Positions 20,365-29,895 of a stretch of 32,000 bases of DNA are shown here, one piece after another. The notes beneath the pieces are model-generated. The model did no database searches, had not been told where the DNA came from, and saw nothing but the letters and a program-made list of their open reading frames with translations. Location: the NCBI GenBank assembly GCA_000175855.1, contig ACYB01000029.1, positions 60,001-92,000 on the forward strand. The letters are read 5' to 3'. How positions within the stretch are numbered: position 1 is the stretch's first letter; the number at the start of each line of letters is the position of its first letter. Origin of the DNA: Raphidiopsis brookii D9 (GTDB taxonomy: Bacteria; Cyanobacteriota; Cyanobacteriia; Cyanobacteriales; Nostocaceae). Both the position numbers and the translations under genes were made by a program.

Positions 20365-20856
20365 TTATGGAGCAGTAGCAGTTAACCTCTGCTTAATTTC
20401 TGTCAGCTCCTTAGCCCAACGAGGATCGGGACGAATTGCATCCGTGTCAGCGGATACTGTTATCTCCACAGGTGAACCGCCACGCTTAGATTTTTTAGAA
20501 CCCTTATCACGACGACTCTGTTTGTTGGGGCTGGGAGTTGGTGCAGGCGTACTAGAAGTTTGCAGAACTGGTTTGGGAGTTTGTTCTTCGCCTTCTTCAC
20601 CTTTTGTTCTAGGTAATGCTTTTTCCAGTTTAATGGCCGCATCCCTGAACAACTGACCATTATATTTTTCAATAATTTGGTCTGCTTGATCGTCATTGTT
20701 AACTGTCAAGAAGCCAAAACCACGACATTTACCTGTTTTTCTGTCTTTTATTAGTTTGGTGGTAACTGCATCACCCTCAGCAGCAAATACAGCTTGCAAC
20801 TCTTGACGGTCAATTTCTTCTTTGGGTAAATTACCTATATACAGACGAACGGACAT
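20365..20856 (-). CDS. RRM-domain RNA-binding protein, long-tail (Rbp3-like, non-glycine-rich) type
   Basis: RNP2 reads LYIGNL and RNP1 reads CRGFGFLTV. A K/S/P-rich spacer and a terminal PDPRWAKEL...IKQRL motif replace a Gly-rich tail. A GGAGG lies 7 nt upstream of the ATG. Confidence 0.8.
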   Translation of the reverse strand: MSVRLYIGNLPKEEIDRQELQAVFAAEGDAVTTKLIKDRKTGKCRGFGFLTVNNDDQADQIIEKYNGQLFRDAAIKLEKALPRTKGEEGEEQTPKPVLQTSSTPAPTPSPNKQSRRDKGSKKSKRGGSPVEITVSADTDAIRPDPRWAKELTEIKQRLTATAP

Positions 20857-21419
20857 GAATTTTTCCTCCGAGGTTTACATGAAAGTGAGAATAGAAAAAC
20901 ATTGACTTTTGGCTCTTACATAGGCTCTTATATAAATGCTACTAATAAAATCGCCACAAACCAATTTTTTTAATCCCATCTGTTAAACTATAGTTTTAGT
21001 TTCAAACGAAATGAATACATGCTGGATATATGGTCAATATACCATATATTAATCTCTCAGGGCTTGATAATTGTGTGGGGTGGGTGACGCGTCTTTTTGC
21101 CTTATGACTCGTGCTTACCACTAGGATCTACCATACCATAATCTTGATTACTGGTAACACTAGATCTTAAATTCTATCGATAACAGGTTCTATTAGGAGA
21201 ATGTAATCGCCCTTGTGCAGTATAGCTAAAACAGTTGACCAAATAGGGTATTAACCAAAGGTAATATTACCATATTTTCAACATAGTTTGTCCCACACGC
21301 AAAAAAGTATCAGTTGGTAGCCTCGCATTTTAAAACAGGTTTACATCTTTTAAGTATCCATTTTGATTGCGCCAAAACAAAACTGTAGCAAGTTGGTAGC
21401 AACAAGCTTGTGTCTGCTT

Positions 21420-23054
21420 CTAATTAATCCCGGTTTCTTTAGACCAGGGAGAAGTAAGTGGTGCAATTGAGCTGAGTTTTAACTCCGGATGGTCTCCTTG
21501 TAATTGTTGACAGTTCCACTCATTACGGAATAGTAAAACAGGTCTTCCCATAGAATCCTTTACCGTAATAGTATTAAATAAACGTCCTACTTTATTCAAA
21601 GTATGCCAACCACCATCTACCCATCGAGCTACGGTATATGGCAATAGGTCTAGGATCGTTTCCACACCATACTCATTTTGTAGTCGGAACTGAACAACCT
21701 CAAATTGTAACTGACCAACTGCTGCCAAAATCGGATCTCGTTTAGCTTCATCCGTTGAATACATAATTTGTACAGCACCTTCTTCTCTTAATTCAGAAAC
21801 ACCTTTTTGAAATTGCTTGAATTTTGATGGGTTAGGATTTCTTAAGGTGGCAAAAAGTTCTGGAGAAAAATAGGGAATTCCCTCATATTCTAGCTTTTGT
21901 CCCGTATAAATTGTATCTCCAATAGCAAACACACCGGGGTTATTTAACCCAATCACATCACCCGGATAAGCCACATCTATAGATTCTCTTTCCTGGGCAA
22001 AAAGTTTCTGAGGTCGAGATAGACGAACTGCTTTACCTGTGCGAGCATGATTGACTGTCATATCTTTTTCAAATTTGCCTGTGCAAACCCGGACAAAAGC
22101 AACTCTATCTCTATGTTTAGGGTCCATATTGGCTTGCAGTTTAAATACAAAACCCGTAAACTCCGGGTAAGTTGGTGCAATCTTACCTGCGCTGCTGTGA
22201 TGATCTCCAGGTTTGAGGGCATATTCTAAAAAGCATTTAAGAAACAACTCCACCCCGAAATTAGTCATAGCACTGCCAAAAAATATGGGGGTCATTTTTC
22301 CCTGGTGGACTAAATCTAAATCCAGTTGTTCACCAGCACCTTCCAGCAATTCTAACTCATCCTTGAGTTGGTGGTAAAGATCCTGATCTAACAATTCTTG
22401 AATTTTAGCATCTCCCAGATTGACCATTGTACTGCGAGCTTCCTTACTTCCGTGGGCGCTCCTTTCAAATAGATGGATCTGGTTATGGTTACGGTCAAAT
22501 ACCCCTTTAAATCTATCTCCCATACCTATAGGCCAGTTTACGGCGTATGTCTGTAAACCTAGTTCCTGTTCAATTTCATCCAATAACTCTAGAGGTTCTC
22601 TCCCAGGACGGTCAAGTTTATTAACAAAGGTAAATATAGGAATACCCCTTAATTTGCATACTTCAAACAGTTTACGAGTTTGAGGTTCCAGACCCTTAGC
22701 AGCATCAATTAACATCACCGCATTATCAGCTGCTGCTAAAGTTCTATAAGTGTCCTCACTAAAATCTTGGTGTCCAGGGGTATCCAGCAAATTAATTTGA
22801 CAGCTATGATAGACAAATTGCAAAACTGTAGAGGTAATAGAAATACCCCGTTGTTGTTCCATAGCCATCCAGTCAGAAGTCACCTTACGTTGGTCTCTTC
22901 GAGCTTTAACCGCTCCAGCTTCATGAATGGCACCCCCGTATAATAATAGTTTTTCTGTCAGAGTAGTTTTACCAGCATCCGGGTGAGAAATAATGGCAAA
23001 ATTGCGCCGTTGTTCTACTGCTTGACTCAGTTCTTCGGTTAGTTCAATTGTCAT
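21420..23054 (-). CDS. prfC: Peptide chain release factor 3
   Basis: GTPase motifs [26 protein letters not shown] and NKLD(R) plus full-length RF3 similarity. Start set at Met44 ([12 protein letters not shown] at 23054-23052). The 43-codon upstream extension overlaps the GNAT gene. Confidence 0.9.
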   Translation of the reverse strand: MTIELTEELSQAVEQRRNFAIISHPDAGKTTLTEKLLLYGGAIHEAGAVKARRDQRKVTSDWMAMEQQRGISITSTVLQFVYHSCQINLLDTPGHQDFSEDTYRTLAAADNAVMLIDAAKGLEPQTRKLFEVCKLRGIPIFTFVNKLDRPGREPLELLDEIEQELGLQTYAVNWPIGMGDRFKGVFDRNHNQIHLFERSAHGSKEARSTMVNLGDAKIQELLDQDLYHQLKDELELLEGAGEQLDLDLVHQGKMTPIFFGSAMTNFGVELFLKCFLEYALKPGDHHSSAGKIAPTYPEFTGFVFKLQANMDPKHRDRVAFVRVCTGKFEKDMTVNHARTGKAVRLSRPQKLFAQERESIDVAYPGDVIGLNNPGVFAIGDTIYTGQKLEYEGIPYFSPELFATLRNPNPSKFKQFQKGVSELREEGAVQIMYSTDEAKRDPILAAVGQLQFEVVQFRLQNEYGVETILDLLPYTVARWVDGGWHTLNKVGRLFNTITVKDSMGRPVLLFRNEWNCQQLQGDHPELKLSSIAPLTSPWSKETGIN

Positions 23055-23100
23055 AGTTTCATAGTTATAGTTATTAGTAAGCTTAACTTGAGATATTATT

Positions 23101-23655
23101 TTACCTAAGACGTTTATGCAAAAAAAACTGTCGAGAGGGGAAGAAAAAATCCTGCCAACTGGACTCCACCCTATAGATTTCATATCCCAACTTTAAGTAT
23201 AGCTTCCTAGCTTGATCATTTTTTTCCAAAACATGAAGATAAATGTCTTGAAATCCCCAGGTTTTACACACTTGTTCACAACTGATTAGTAAACTAGATG
23301 CCAAACCATATCTCCGATATCTTGGAGCAACAGCCAAGTTAGACACATAGGGCAATAATCTGCTGTAACTTGTCCAACTATGGATAGATCTCACTCCCAG
23401 TTCCACTGTACCAAGAACTTTACAATTGCCCGATTGGCTCGTATGGACAGCGACTAAACAAGTCTGGTGAGGCATTAATGTTTGGAGACGATATTTGAGA
23501 TCTTCATAAATGCCAATTCTAAACAATGGGAAGGCCCATCCCCATAAACCATTCTGGGAATAAAAGCTTTCGGTTATTATTTGGGCAATTCCAGACAAAT
23601 CACTGGAAGTGGCCACACGAACTTGCCAATCACAAGCATTTAAACTCACAAGCAT
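23101..23655 (-). CDS. GNAT-family N-acetyltransferase
   Basis: 184-aa ORF with an acetyl-CoA-binding motif [17 protein letters not shown] and a C-terminal [10 protein letters not shown]. Confidence 0.8.
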   Translation of the reverse strand: MLVSLNACDWQVRVATSSDLSGIAQIITESFYSQNGLWGWAFPLFRIGIYEDLKYRLQTLMPHQTCLVAVHTSQSGNCKVLGTVELGVRSIHSWTSYSRLLPYVSNLAVAPRYRRYGLASSLLISCEQVCKTWGFQDIYLHVLEKNDQARKLYLKLGYEIYRVESSWQDFFFPSRQFFLHKRLR

Positions 23656-23704
23656 TTAAGAGAGATGTCATTGTATTATCAATGTTGTTGAGATTCCCGG
23701 GAAC

Positions 23705-24591
23705 ATGAGCCAATTAAAATATTGTCAGCAATTGTTTGTTAGTTCACAGTGGTTATTTGGTAATATTACTAATTCAGATAATAACACACAGGATGATTCG
23801 TGTATAGTAGTGGTGGATTGTCGATTTTCCCTGGCTGATCCTTTATGGGGAAGGAATCAATACCAGATGGGCCACATACCAGGCGCTTACTACTTAGATT
23901 TAAACCAAGATCTGTCCGGTGTAGTTGGTCAACATGGAGGAAGACACCCTTTACCAGATGTGTCTATTTTAGCTGATAAGCTGGCACAAATGGGGATTAA
24001 TCATGGGCAATCTTTGGTAGTCGCTTATGATGATTCTCGATTGGCATTTGCATCTCGATTATGGTGGCTATTACGTTACTTAGGCCACGAAAATGTAGCC
24101 GTTTTGGATGGCGGTTTTTCCGGATGGCAAAGTTTAGGTTACCCCGTCTCTAATATACCATCTACCATACCGGGAAAGAGGGAAATTTTACTCCCCACCT
24201 ACAAGCAACAAAAATTGTGGATTTTAATTATGTTAAACATTATGTAGAACAAATTAATCAGTCTACACTAACAGAAAACAAACCAGTTCTAATAGACGCA
24301 AGGGAAGGCGATCGCTATCGTGGGGAAAGGGAACCCATTGATGCAATTGCTGGTCATATTCCAGGTGCTATAAATTACCCTTGGCAAGGGGTAACAAATG
24401 CCCAGGGCTATTTACTATCAGATCAAGGAGAAAGATGGCAAGCAATAGCAAATAGTCCAGAAATCATTGTTTATTGTGGTTCTGGTGTCACTGCTTGTGT
24501 TAATTTGCTATCCTTGGAAATAGCGGGAATTTCCACTGCTAAACTTTATCCTGGTAGTTGGAGTGATTGGATTAGTTATCAGACAAACAAC
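23705..24591 (+). pseudogene. Two-domain rhodanese (thiosulfate/3-mercaptopyruvate sulfurtransferase type), frameshifted in the interdomain linker and lacking its own stop codon
   Basis: Domain 1 (VVVDCRF...GHIPGAYYLD...RLWWLLRYLGHENVAVLDGGFSGW) ends in frame 2 at 24247. Domain 2 carries the active-site loop [10 protein letters not shown] and continues in the -1 frame, which is open from 24154. One added base near 24172-24183 joins them. That frame then runs without a stop into the hisC ATG at 24592. Confidence 0.65.
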
Positions 24592-25713
24592 ATGTTTTCT
24601 TTTATTCGCCCGGATTTATCCGAATTTACATCTTATAAACCTCACCCCAGTAGTGATACGTTAGAACCAGTAAACACTGAGCTAGATAGGCTTGATACTA
24701 ATGAGAGTCCTTATGATTTGCCACAGGAAATTAAGAAAAAACTAGCTGAGACTTTTCAACACACTATAGAGTCTAATCGCTATCCCGATGGTGGGCACGA
24801 AGCACTAAAAGCGGAAATAGCTCAATATGTGAGTGAATCCGCTGGTCTATCTTCTGATTCTTTCAGTGCTGTTAACATTTCCGTCGGTAATGGTTCGGAT
24901 GAGTTAATTCGTTCCCTCTTAATTTCCACCTGTTTGGGAGGAGCAGGTTCTATTTTAGTTGCCAATCCCACTTTCTCCATGTACGCTATCCTGGCACAAA
25001 CCTTGGGTATTCCCGTGGTCAGTGTGGGTAGGAATCATGGTCACTTTGAAATGGAACTAGATGCTGCTCAAACAGCTTTAAAAGAAGCAAATCCCCCTGT
25101 GCGGGCGGTTTTTGTTGTCCATCCTAACTCTCCTACCGCTAACTGCTTGACCGTATCAGAGTTAAATTGGTTGCAAGGTTTACCACTGGACATATTAGTG
25201 GTTATTGATGAGGCTTATTTTGAATTCAGTCAAAACACTCTGGTAGAAAGATTAATCAAACATCCTAATTGGGTGATTTTACGGACATTTTCCAAAGCTT
25301 TTCGACTGGCCGCCATGCGGGTAGGTTATTGTGTGGGTCATCCCCAGGTAATTTCTATTTTAGAAAAGGTTCGTCTACCCTATAATTTACCGAGTTTTTC
25401 CCTAGTTGGTGCTTTGGTGGCACTACAGAATCGTCAAGTTTTACTGAGTTCTATCGCTGAAACTCTCACAGAAAGAGATAAATTGATTCAAGATTTATCC
25501 ACACACCCCATTTTAGAGGTGGTTCCCAGTAATACTAATTTTATTTATGTTCGGTTAAAACACAATCATTCCCATGATGGAGTGTTAAAAAACATCAGTC
25601 AGAAATTAAGGAGCGAAGGTACTCTAATTAGACTATTACCTGGTGGATTACGAATCACCATAGGAACACCCGAGGAAAATGCCCGCACATTGAAGAGACT
25701 TGGACAAATCTGA
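24592..25713 (+). CDS. hisC: Histidinol-phosphate aminotransferase
   Basis: Motifs include [59 protein letters not shown] (PLP lysine) and RITIGT. The conserved N-terminus begins at MFSFIRPDL (ATG 24592). Confidence 0.9.
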   Translation: MFSFIRPDLSEFTSYKPHPSSDTLEPVNTELDRLDTNESPYDLPQEIKKKLAETFQHTIESNRYPDGGHEALKAEIAQYVSESAGLSSDSFSAVNISVGNGSDELIRSLLISTCLGGAGSILVANPTFSMYAILAQTLGIPVVSVGRNHGHFEMELDAAQTALKEANPPVRAVFVVHPNSPTANCLTVSELNWLQGLPLDILVVIDEAYFEFSQNTLVERLIKHPNWVILRTFSKAFRLAAMRVGYCVGHPQVISILEKVRLPYNLPSFSLVGALVALQNRQVLLSSIAETLTERDKLIQDLSTHPILEVVPSNTNFIYVRLKHNHSHDGVLKNISQKLRSEGTLIRLLPGGLRITIGTPEENARTLKRLGQI

Positions 25714-25723
25714 GAGGAAAAAT

Positions 25724-26613
25724 ATGGATTTTCTTCCCCAGGTCACAAAAGATGGTTCCCTCACTTTTTTCTCTGAAGAGTTTCAGGAGTCTTTCCACAG
25801 TCTTTATGGTGCTAAACAGGAGAGTTTTCTCAAATTTGTGATTCCCACCCAAGTACCCCTATTCGCCCAAACAGGAATATTAAAATTTTAGATGTTTGCT
25901 ACGGATTAGGGTACAACACCGCCGTAGCATTAGAATCCATTCGGGGAGAAAATGCCAATTGTCGGGTAGAGATTATAGGTTTAGAATCCGATCCTCTGGT
26001 TCCCCAATCCGCAATTTGTCACAATGTTTTTGCCGATTGGCATCAAGAGTATAAACTAATTTTGAAGGAAATTGCTTTTAAACACTGTTATCAAGATGAT
26101 AATTTGAGTGTTAGACTAATTATAAATGACGCGAGAAAATCCATTCAGGAGATATTGTCCTCTGGTTTTTTAGCAGATGTGATTTTTCTAGATCCTTTTT
26201 CTCCACCCCATTGTCCCCAACTATGGACTGTAGAGTTTATTGAACAGATTGCTCTTTGTTTGCAACCAGGTGGACTGCTGGCAACTTACTCGTGTGCTGC
26301 TGCTGTCCGCACAGCTTTAATTTCTGCTGGGTTGATAATTGGCTCTACCACTCCTGTGGGAAGACGCACTCCAGGAACCATTGCTGGTTATGCTCCACAC
26401 CAGCATAAGTATATCACAGAAACTTATCCCCTGGGTGCAGCAGAAATAGAACACTTAAAAACCCGTGCGGCCATTCCCTATCGTGACCCTCAACTTCAAG
26501 ATGAAGCTCCTAATATCATGAAACGACGAGAACAGGAAGTTCTCACATCTACCCTAGAATCTACTTCTCAGTGGAGAAAAAGATGGCTGACAAATAACAC
26601 CCCAACTCAATAA
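25724..26613 (+). pseudogene. MnmC-like SAM-dependent methyltransferase (DUF752-type), frameshifted at an A4T4 run
   Basis: The N-terminal piece (MDFLPQVTKDGSLTFFSEEFQESFHS.YGA) stops at 25889-25891. The -1 frame is open from 25816 and continues ILDVCYGLGYNTA...DVIFLDPFSP...PQLWT.EF, which is the SAM-binding and DPF motif set, up to 26613. One added A or T at 25882-25889 joins them into about 296 codons. Confidence 0.6.
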
Positions 26614-26677
26614 AAGATAAAACCATTTAAGTCTACATTTAAACCTCTACTTAAACTCAGTTAAAACTTGACAATTC

Positions 26678-29122
26678 ATGATAGCAACGGAAACCTTAGA
26701 ATTATTAGAATGGCCTCGACTTTGTCAACATCTTTCTAGCTTTGCTACAACTAAGTTAGGTACAATAGTTGCTCGTTCCTTACCAATTCCATCCACACTA
26801 GAGGAAAGTGAAGGGTTATTGTGCCAAACCAAGGAGGTGTATCAGTTAGAAAGCCAACTGATTTCAGGATTATCTTTTGAGGGAATTCAAGATATTGGTG
26901 ATTCCCTAGAAAGAGCTGAACTTCATGGTCTGCTATCAAGTGAAGAACTGTTGGCTATAGCTACCACCTTAGCAGGAGCGAGAAATTTACGTCGAGTAAT
27001 TGATAATCAGGAAGATTTACCCATTCTCTGTGATTTGGTCTCCCAATTGCGAACCTATCCTGAGTTAGAGCAGGAAGTCCATCATTGTATTGATGAGCGG
27101 GCCCAGATTGCAGACCGCGCTAGTCAAAAATTGTCCGAAATTCGTGAGGATTTACGTAAATTACGTAGTCAAATTACCCAGAAACTCCATAATATTATTC
27201 AAGTTAAGTCCAACGCTCTACAGGAACTGATTATTACTCAAAGAGGTGATCGCTATGTATTACCTGTTAAAGCACCACAAAAAGATGCAGTTCCCGGGAT
27301 TGTTCACGACTCTTCTACTAGTGGTGCTACCTTATATATTGAGCCCAATAGTATTGTTTCTATGGGCAACCAATTGCGTCAAACCTTAAAACGAGAACAG
27401 GTAGAAATAGAAGCCATACTGAGAATATTAACTACAAAAGTAGCAGAAGTAAAACCGGATCTAGAAAAGTTACTAGCCATTGTCACCACCATAGATGTAG
27501 CTGCAGCTAAAGCTAGATATAGTCTTTGGATAGAGGGTAATCCACCTCGATTGATTCACCCTTCCATACCAGGTTCATCTTCCCAAATTATCACTCTGCG
27601 GCAATTACGCCATCCCTTGTTAGTTTGGCAACAAAAACACGAACAGGGACATCCAGTGGTTCCAGTAGACTTACTAATTAGTCCCCATATTAAAGTTGTC
27701 ACCATGACTGGACCAAATACCGGTGGTAAAACTGTTACCTTGAAAACTCTAGGTTTGGCCGCATTAATGGCTAAAGTAGGTTTATTTATTCCCGCACGTG
27801 AACCGGTGGAAATACCTTGGTTTAGTCAGGTTTTAGCTGATATTGGGGATGAACAGTCCTTGGCACAAAGCTTATCCACCTTTTCCGGTCATATTCGTCG
27901 CATTAGTCGCATTTTAAATGCTATTGGCGAGGAAATCCAGTCCTCACCCTACCAAACCAGTCATTCCCTGATTCTTTTGGACGAAGTAGGCGCAGGTACA
28001 GATCCAGCGGAAGGTAGCGCCCTGGCGATCGCACTGTTGAAATATCTTGGAGATCATGCTCAATTAACCATTGCCACCACGCACTTTGGGGAATTAAAAT
28101 CCTTAAAATATGAGGATATTCGCTTTGAAAATGCCTCAGTAGAATTTAATGAAACCACCCTTTCCCCCACCTACAGATTATTGTGGGGGATTCCGGGACG
28201 TTCTAATGCGCTGGCCATAGCTTTGCGGTTGGGATTAAAACCAGAAGTAGTGGAGAATGCTAAAAGCCAATTAGGAGGAACAACGGATGAAGTTAATCAA
28301 GTAATTGCAGGACTAGAAGCTCAAAGACGGAGTCAGGAAACAAAAGCTGCAGCGGCCCAGGAACTACTCAAGCAGACAGAAAAATTATACAAAGAAGTTT
28401 CCCAGCGAGCCACAGCGTTAGAAGAAAGGGAAAAAGATCTGCGAGCTTCCCAAGAGATAGCGGTACAGAAAGCCATTACTCAAGCTAAGGGAGAAATTGC
28501 CCAGGTAATTCGCCAGCTCCAACAAGGTAAACCCACGGCTCAAGATGCACAAAAAGCAACTAAGTTACTAACTGAAATTGCGGATAAATACCAACCAGCA
28601 GCTCCCCCAAAAGTGAAACAAGGATTTATCCCCGAACCTGGTGAAAGGGTGCGCATACCTAAATTAGGGCAAACTGCCCAGGTAATATCTGCTGCGGATG
28701 GAAATGGGGAGTTGACAGTGCGATTTGGAATGATGAAAATGACGGTAAACCTGGAGGATGTGGAATCCCTAGATGGGGAAAAACCATTAGTACCCAGCAA
28801 AACCAAAGCCCCCCTTGCTGGAGTTTCTGGGCAAAAACAAGAGCTTATAGCAGCATCATTACCCTCAACTGAGAATTTGGAGATGCGCACATCCAAAAAT
28901 ACTGTTGATTTACGCGGAAAAAGGGTAGCAGATGCTGAATATATCCTAGACCAAGTTATTTCCCAAGCAGCAGGACCAGTATGGATTATTCATGGATATG
29001 GAACTGGTAAACTCAAACAAGGAGTTCATGAGTTCTTGCAACAGCACCCGAGGGTCAGTCATTATGAAGCAGCATCCCGGGTGGACGGTGGTACTGGTGT
29101 AACTATCGCCCATATCAAATAG
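26678..29122 (+). CDS. mutS2: Endonuclease MutS2 (MutS-paralogue ATPase with C-terminal Smr domain)
   Basis: 814-aa ORF with Walker A GPNTGGKT, ILLDEVGAGTDP, a long coiled coil, and a C-terminal Smr region (VDLRGKRVADAE...IIHGYGTGKLK). Confidence 0.9.
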   Translation: MIATETLELLEWPRLCQHLSSFATTKLGTIVARSLPIPSTLEESEGLLCQTKEVYQLESQLISGLSFEGIQDIGDSLERAELHGLLSSEELLAIATTLAGARNLRRVIDNQEDLPILCDLVSQLRTYPELEQEVHHCIDERAQIADRASQKLSEIREDLRKLRSQITQKLHNIIQVKSNALQELIITQRGDRYVLPVKAPQKDAVPGIVHDSSTSGATLYIEPNSIVSMGNQLRQTLKREQVEIEAILRILTTKVAEVKPDLEKLLAIVTTIDVAAAKARYSLWIEGNPPRLIHPSIPGSSSQIITLRQLRHPLLVWQQKHEQGHPVVPVDLLISPHIKVVTMTGPNTGGKTVTLKTLGLAALMAKVGLFIPAREPVEIPWFSQVLADIGDEQSLAQSLSTFSGHIRRISRILNAIGEEIQSSPYQTSHSLILLDEVGAGTDPAEGSALAIALLKYLGDHAQLTIATTHFGELKSLKYEDIRFENASVEFNETTLSPTYRLLWGIPGRSNALAIALRLGLKPEVVENAKSQLGGTTDEVNQVIAGLEAQRRSQETKAAAAQELLKQTEKLYKEVSQRATALEEREKDLRASQEIAVQKAITQAKGEIAQVIRQLQQGKPTAQDAQKATKLLTEIADKYQPAAPPKVKQGFIPEPGERVRIPKLGQTAQVISAADGNGELTVRFGMMKMTVNLEDVESLDGEKPLVPSKTKAPLAGVSGQKQELIAASLPSTENLEMRTSKNTVDLRGKRVADAEYILDQVISQAAGPVWIIHGYGTGKLKQGVHEFLQQHPRVSHYEAASRVDGGTGVTIAHIK

Positions 29123-29279
29123 GCAAAACTTAACAACTTCTTATAATTAAGACAATAAATTTTCATTTCCCATAAAACTAAGACTTATTCTCTTGTTTAA
29201 ACTGGGTAGTTGAGTCAACCAAAACCAAATCAATCTTTGTTGTTGTCATGCTTGATAGCTTTTATTTACCGGATCACCT

Positions 29280-29882
29280 ATGACAAAAGTTATGCAATCG
29301 ACTGATAAATCAGTCAAAGCCAATTCCCCATGGCAAGAATTAAGTCAGTTTCCAACTCCTAAATCGGTAGAATGGGATAACATTAAAACTCAATTGGATT
29401 TAGTGCTTTTAGCCCTGGAAACTTTAACTGGTATTGGTTCAGATGCGATGTTATCTGCAGCTACCCATCTGGATCTGGAATCAAAAGTACCCGATAGAAT
29501 AGCTTTATGGCGATTACGCCAATCTAACCCCCTACGCAAAAGTCCAGGAGGAAGAAAAAAGCTAGATGTGGACGAGGCTAGATCTCTAGTTTTAATTACT
29601 TGTTATCTTGCTAAACAACATCAAGAGTTAATTCGGCGCGCTGTAGGGTTATTAGAAAAAATAGCGGCTAATCACCAGCAACTTCATCAAAATGCTTTAC
29701 TGGCAGATTATACGGATAACTTCTGCAATGTTTACCAGGAAAGAATGGAGGAAGATGATAAAATTTCTACTGATTTGTTGACTAATTTAGCGGTTAAACT
29801 ACTGATAGATTTACTCTTTTATAGCTCTCCTACTGGACATCGCCGACTCTGGTTAACATTGCTAGACCGTTCCACAAGATAA
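29280..29882 (+). CDS. Cyanobacteria-restricted hypothetical protein (DUF3038-like)
   Basis: 200-aa, mostly helical ORF (LDLVLLALE.L...G...ALWRLRQSNPLRK...RRLW). The family name is recalled from memory and is not verifiable here. Confidence 0.5.
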   Translation: MTKVMQSTDKSVKANSPWQELSQFPTPKSVEWDNIKTQLDLVLLALETLTGIGSDAMLSAATHLDLESKVPDRIALWRLRQSNPLRKSPGGRKKLDVDEARSLVLITCYLAKQHQELIRRAVGLLEKIAANHQQLHQNALLADYTDNFCNVYQERMEEDDKISTDLLTNLAVKLLIDLLFYSSPTGHRRLWLTLLDRSTR

Positions 29883-29895
29883 TGATATTTTTACT

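Noticed and set aside
21312-21400. tRNA-like D-loop motif AGTTGGTAGC occurring twice, raising the possibility of a tRNA gene or fragment
   Set aside because: No acceptor or anticodon stems can be drawn around either copy, and no GTTCGA-type T-loop is present. It is not a tRNA.
21420-23054. Programmed frameshift in a release-factor gene
   Set aside because: The autoregulatory +1 frameshift belongs to prfB (RF2). This gene is prfC (RF3) and is a single uninterrupted frame.
23055-23183. Longest-ORF N-terminal extensions: prfC to 23183, pgi to 8308, ispD from 13782, scpB from 14543, and the MnmC-like gene from TTG 25700
   Set aside because: The extensions lack conservation-like sequence and overlap neighbouring genes or intergenic promoters. 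The conserved protein N-termini begin at the internal starts I used.
28540-28896. 118-aa minus-strand ORF antisense to mutS2, and similar 60-90-aa antisense ORFs inside purA, prfC, the ABC gene, the GT9 gene, scpB and the DUF4335 gene
   Set aside because: All are embedded in better-supported genes on the other strand and have no domain signatures.
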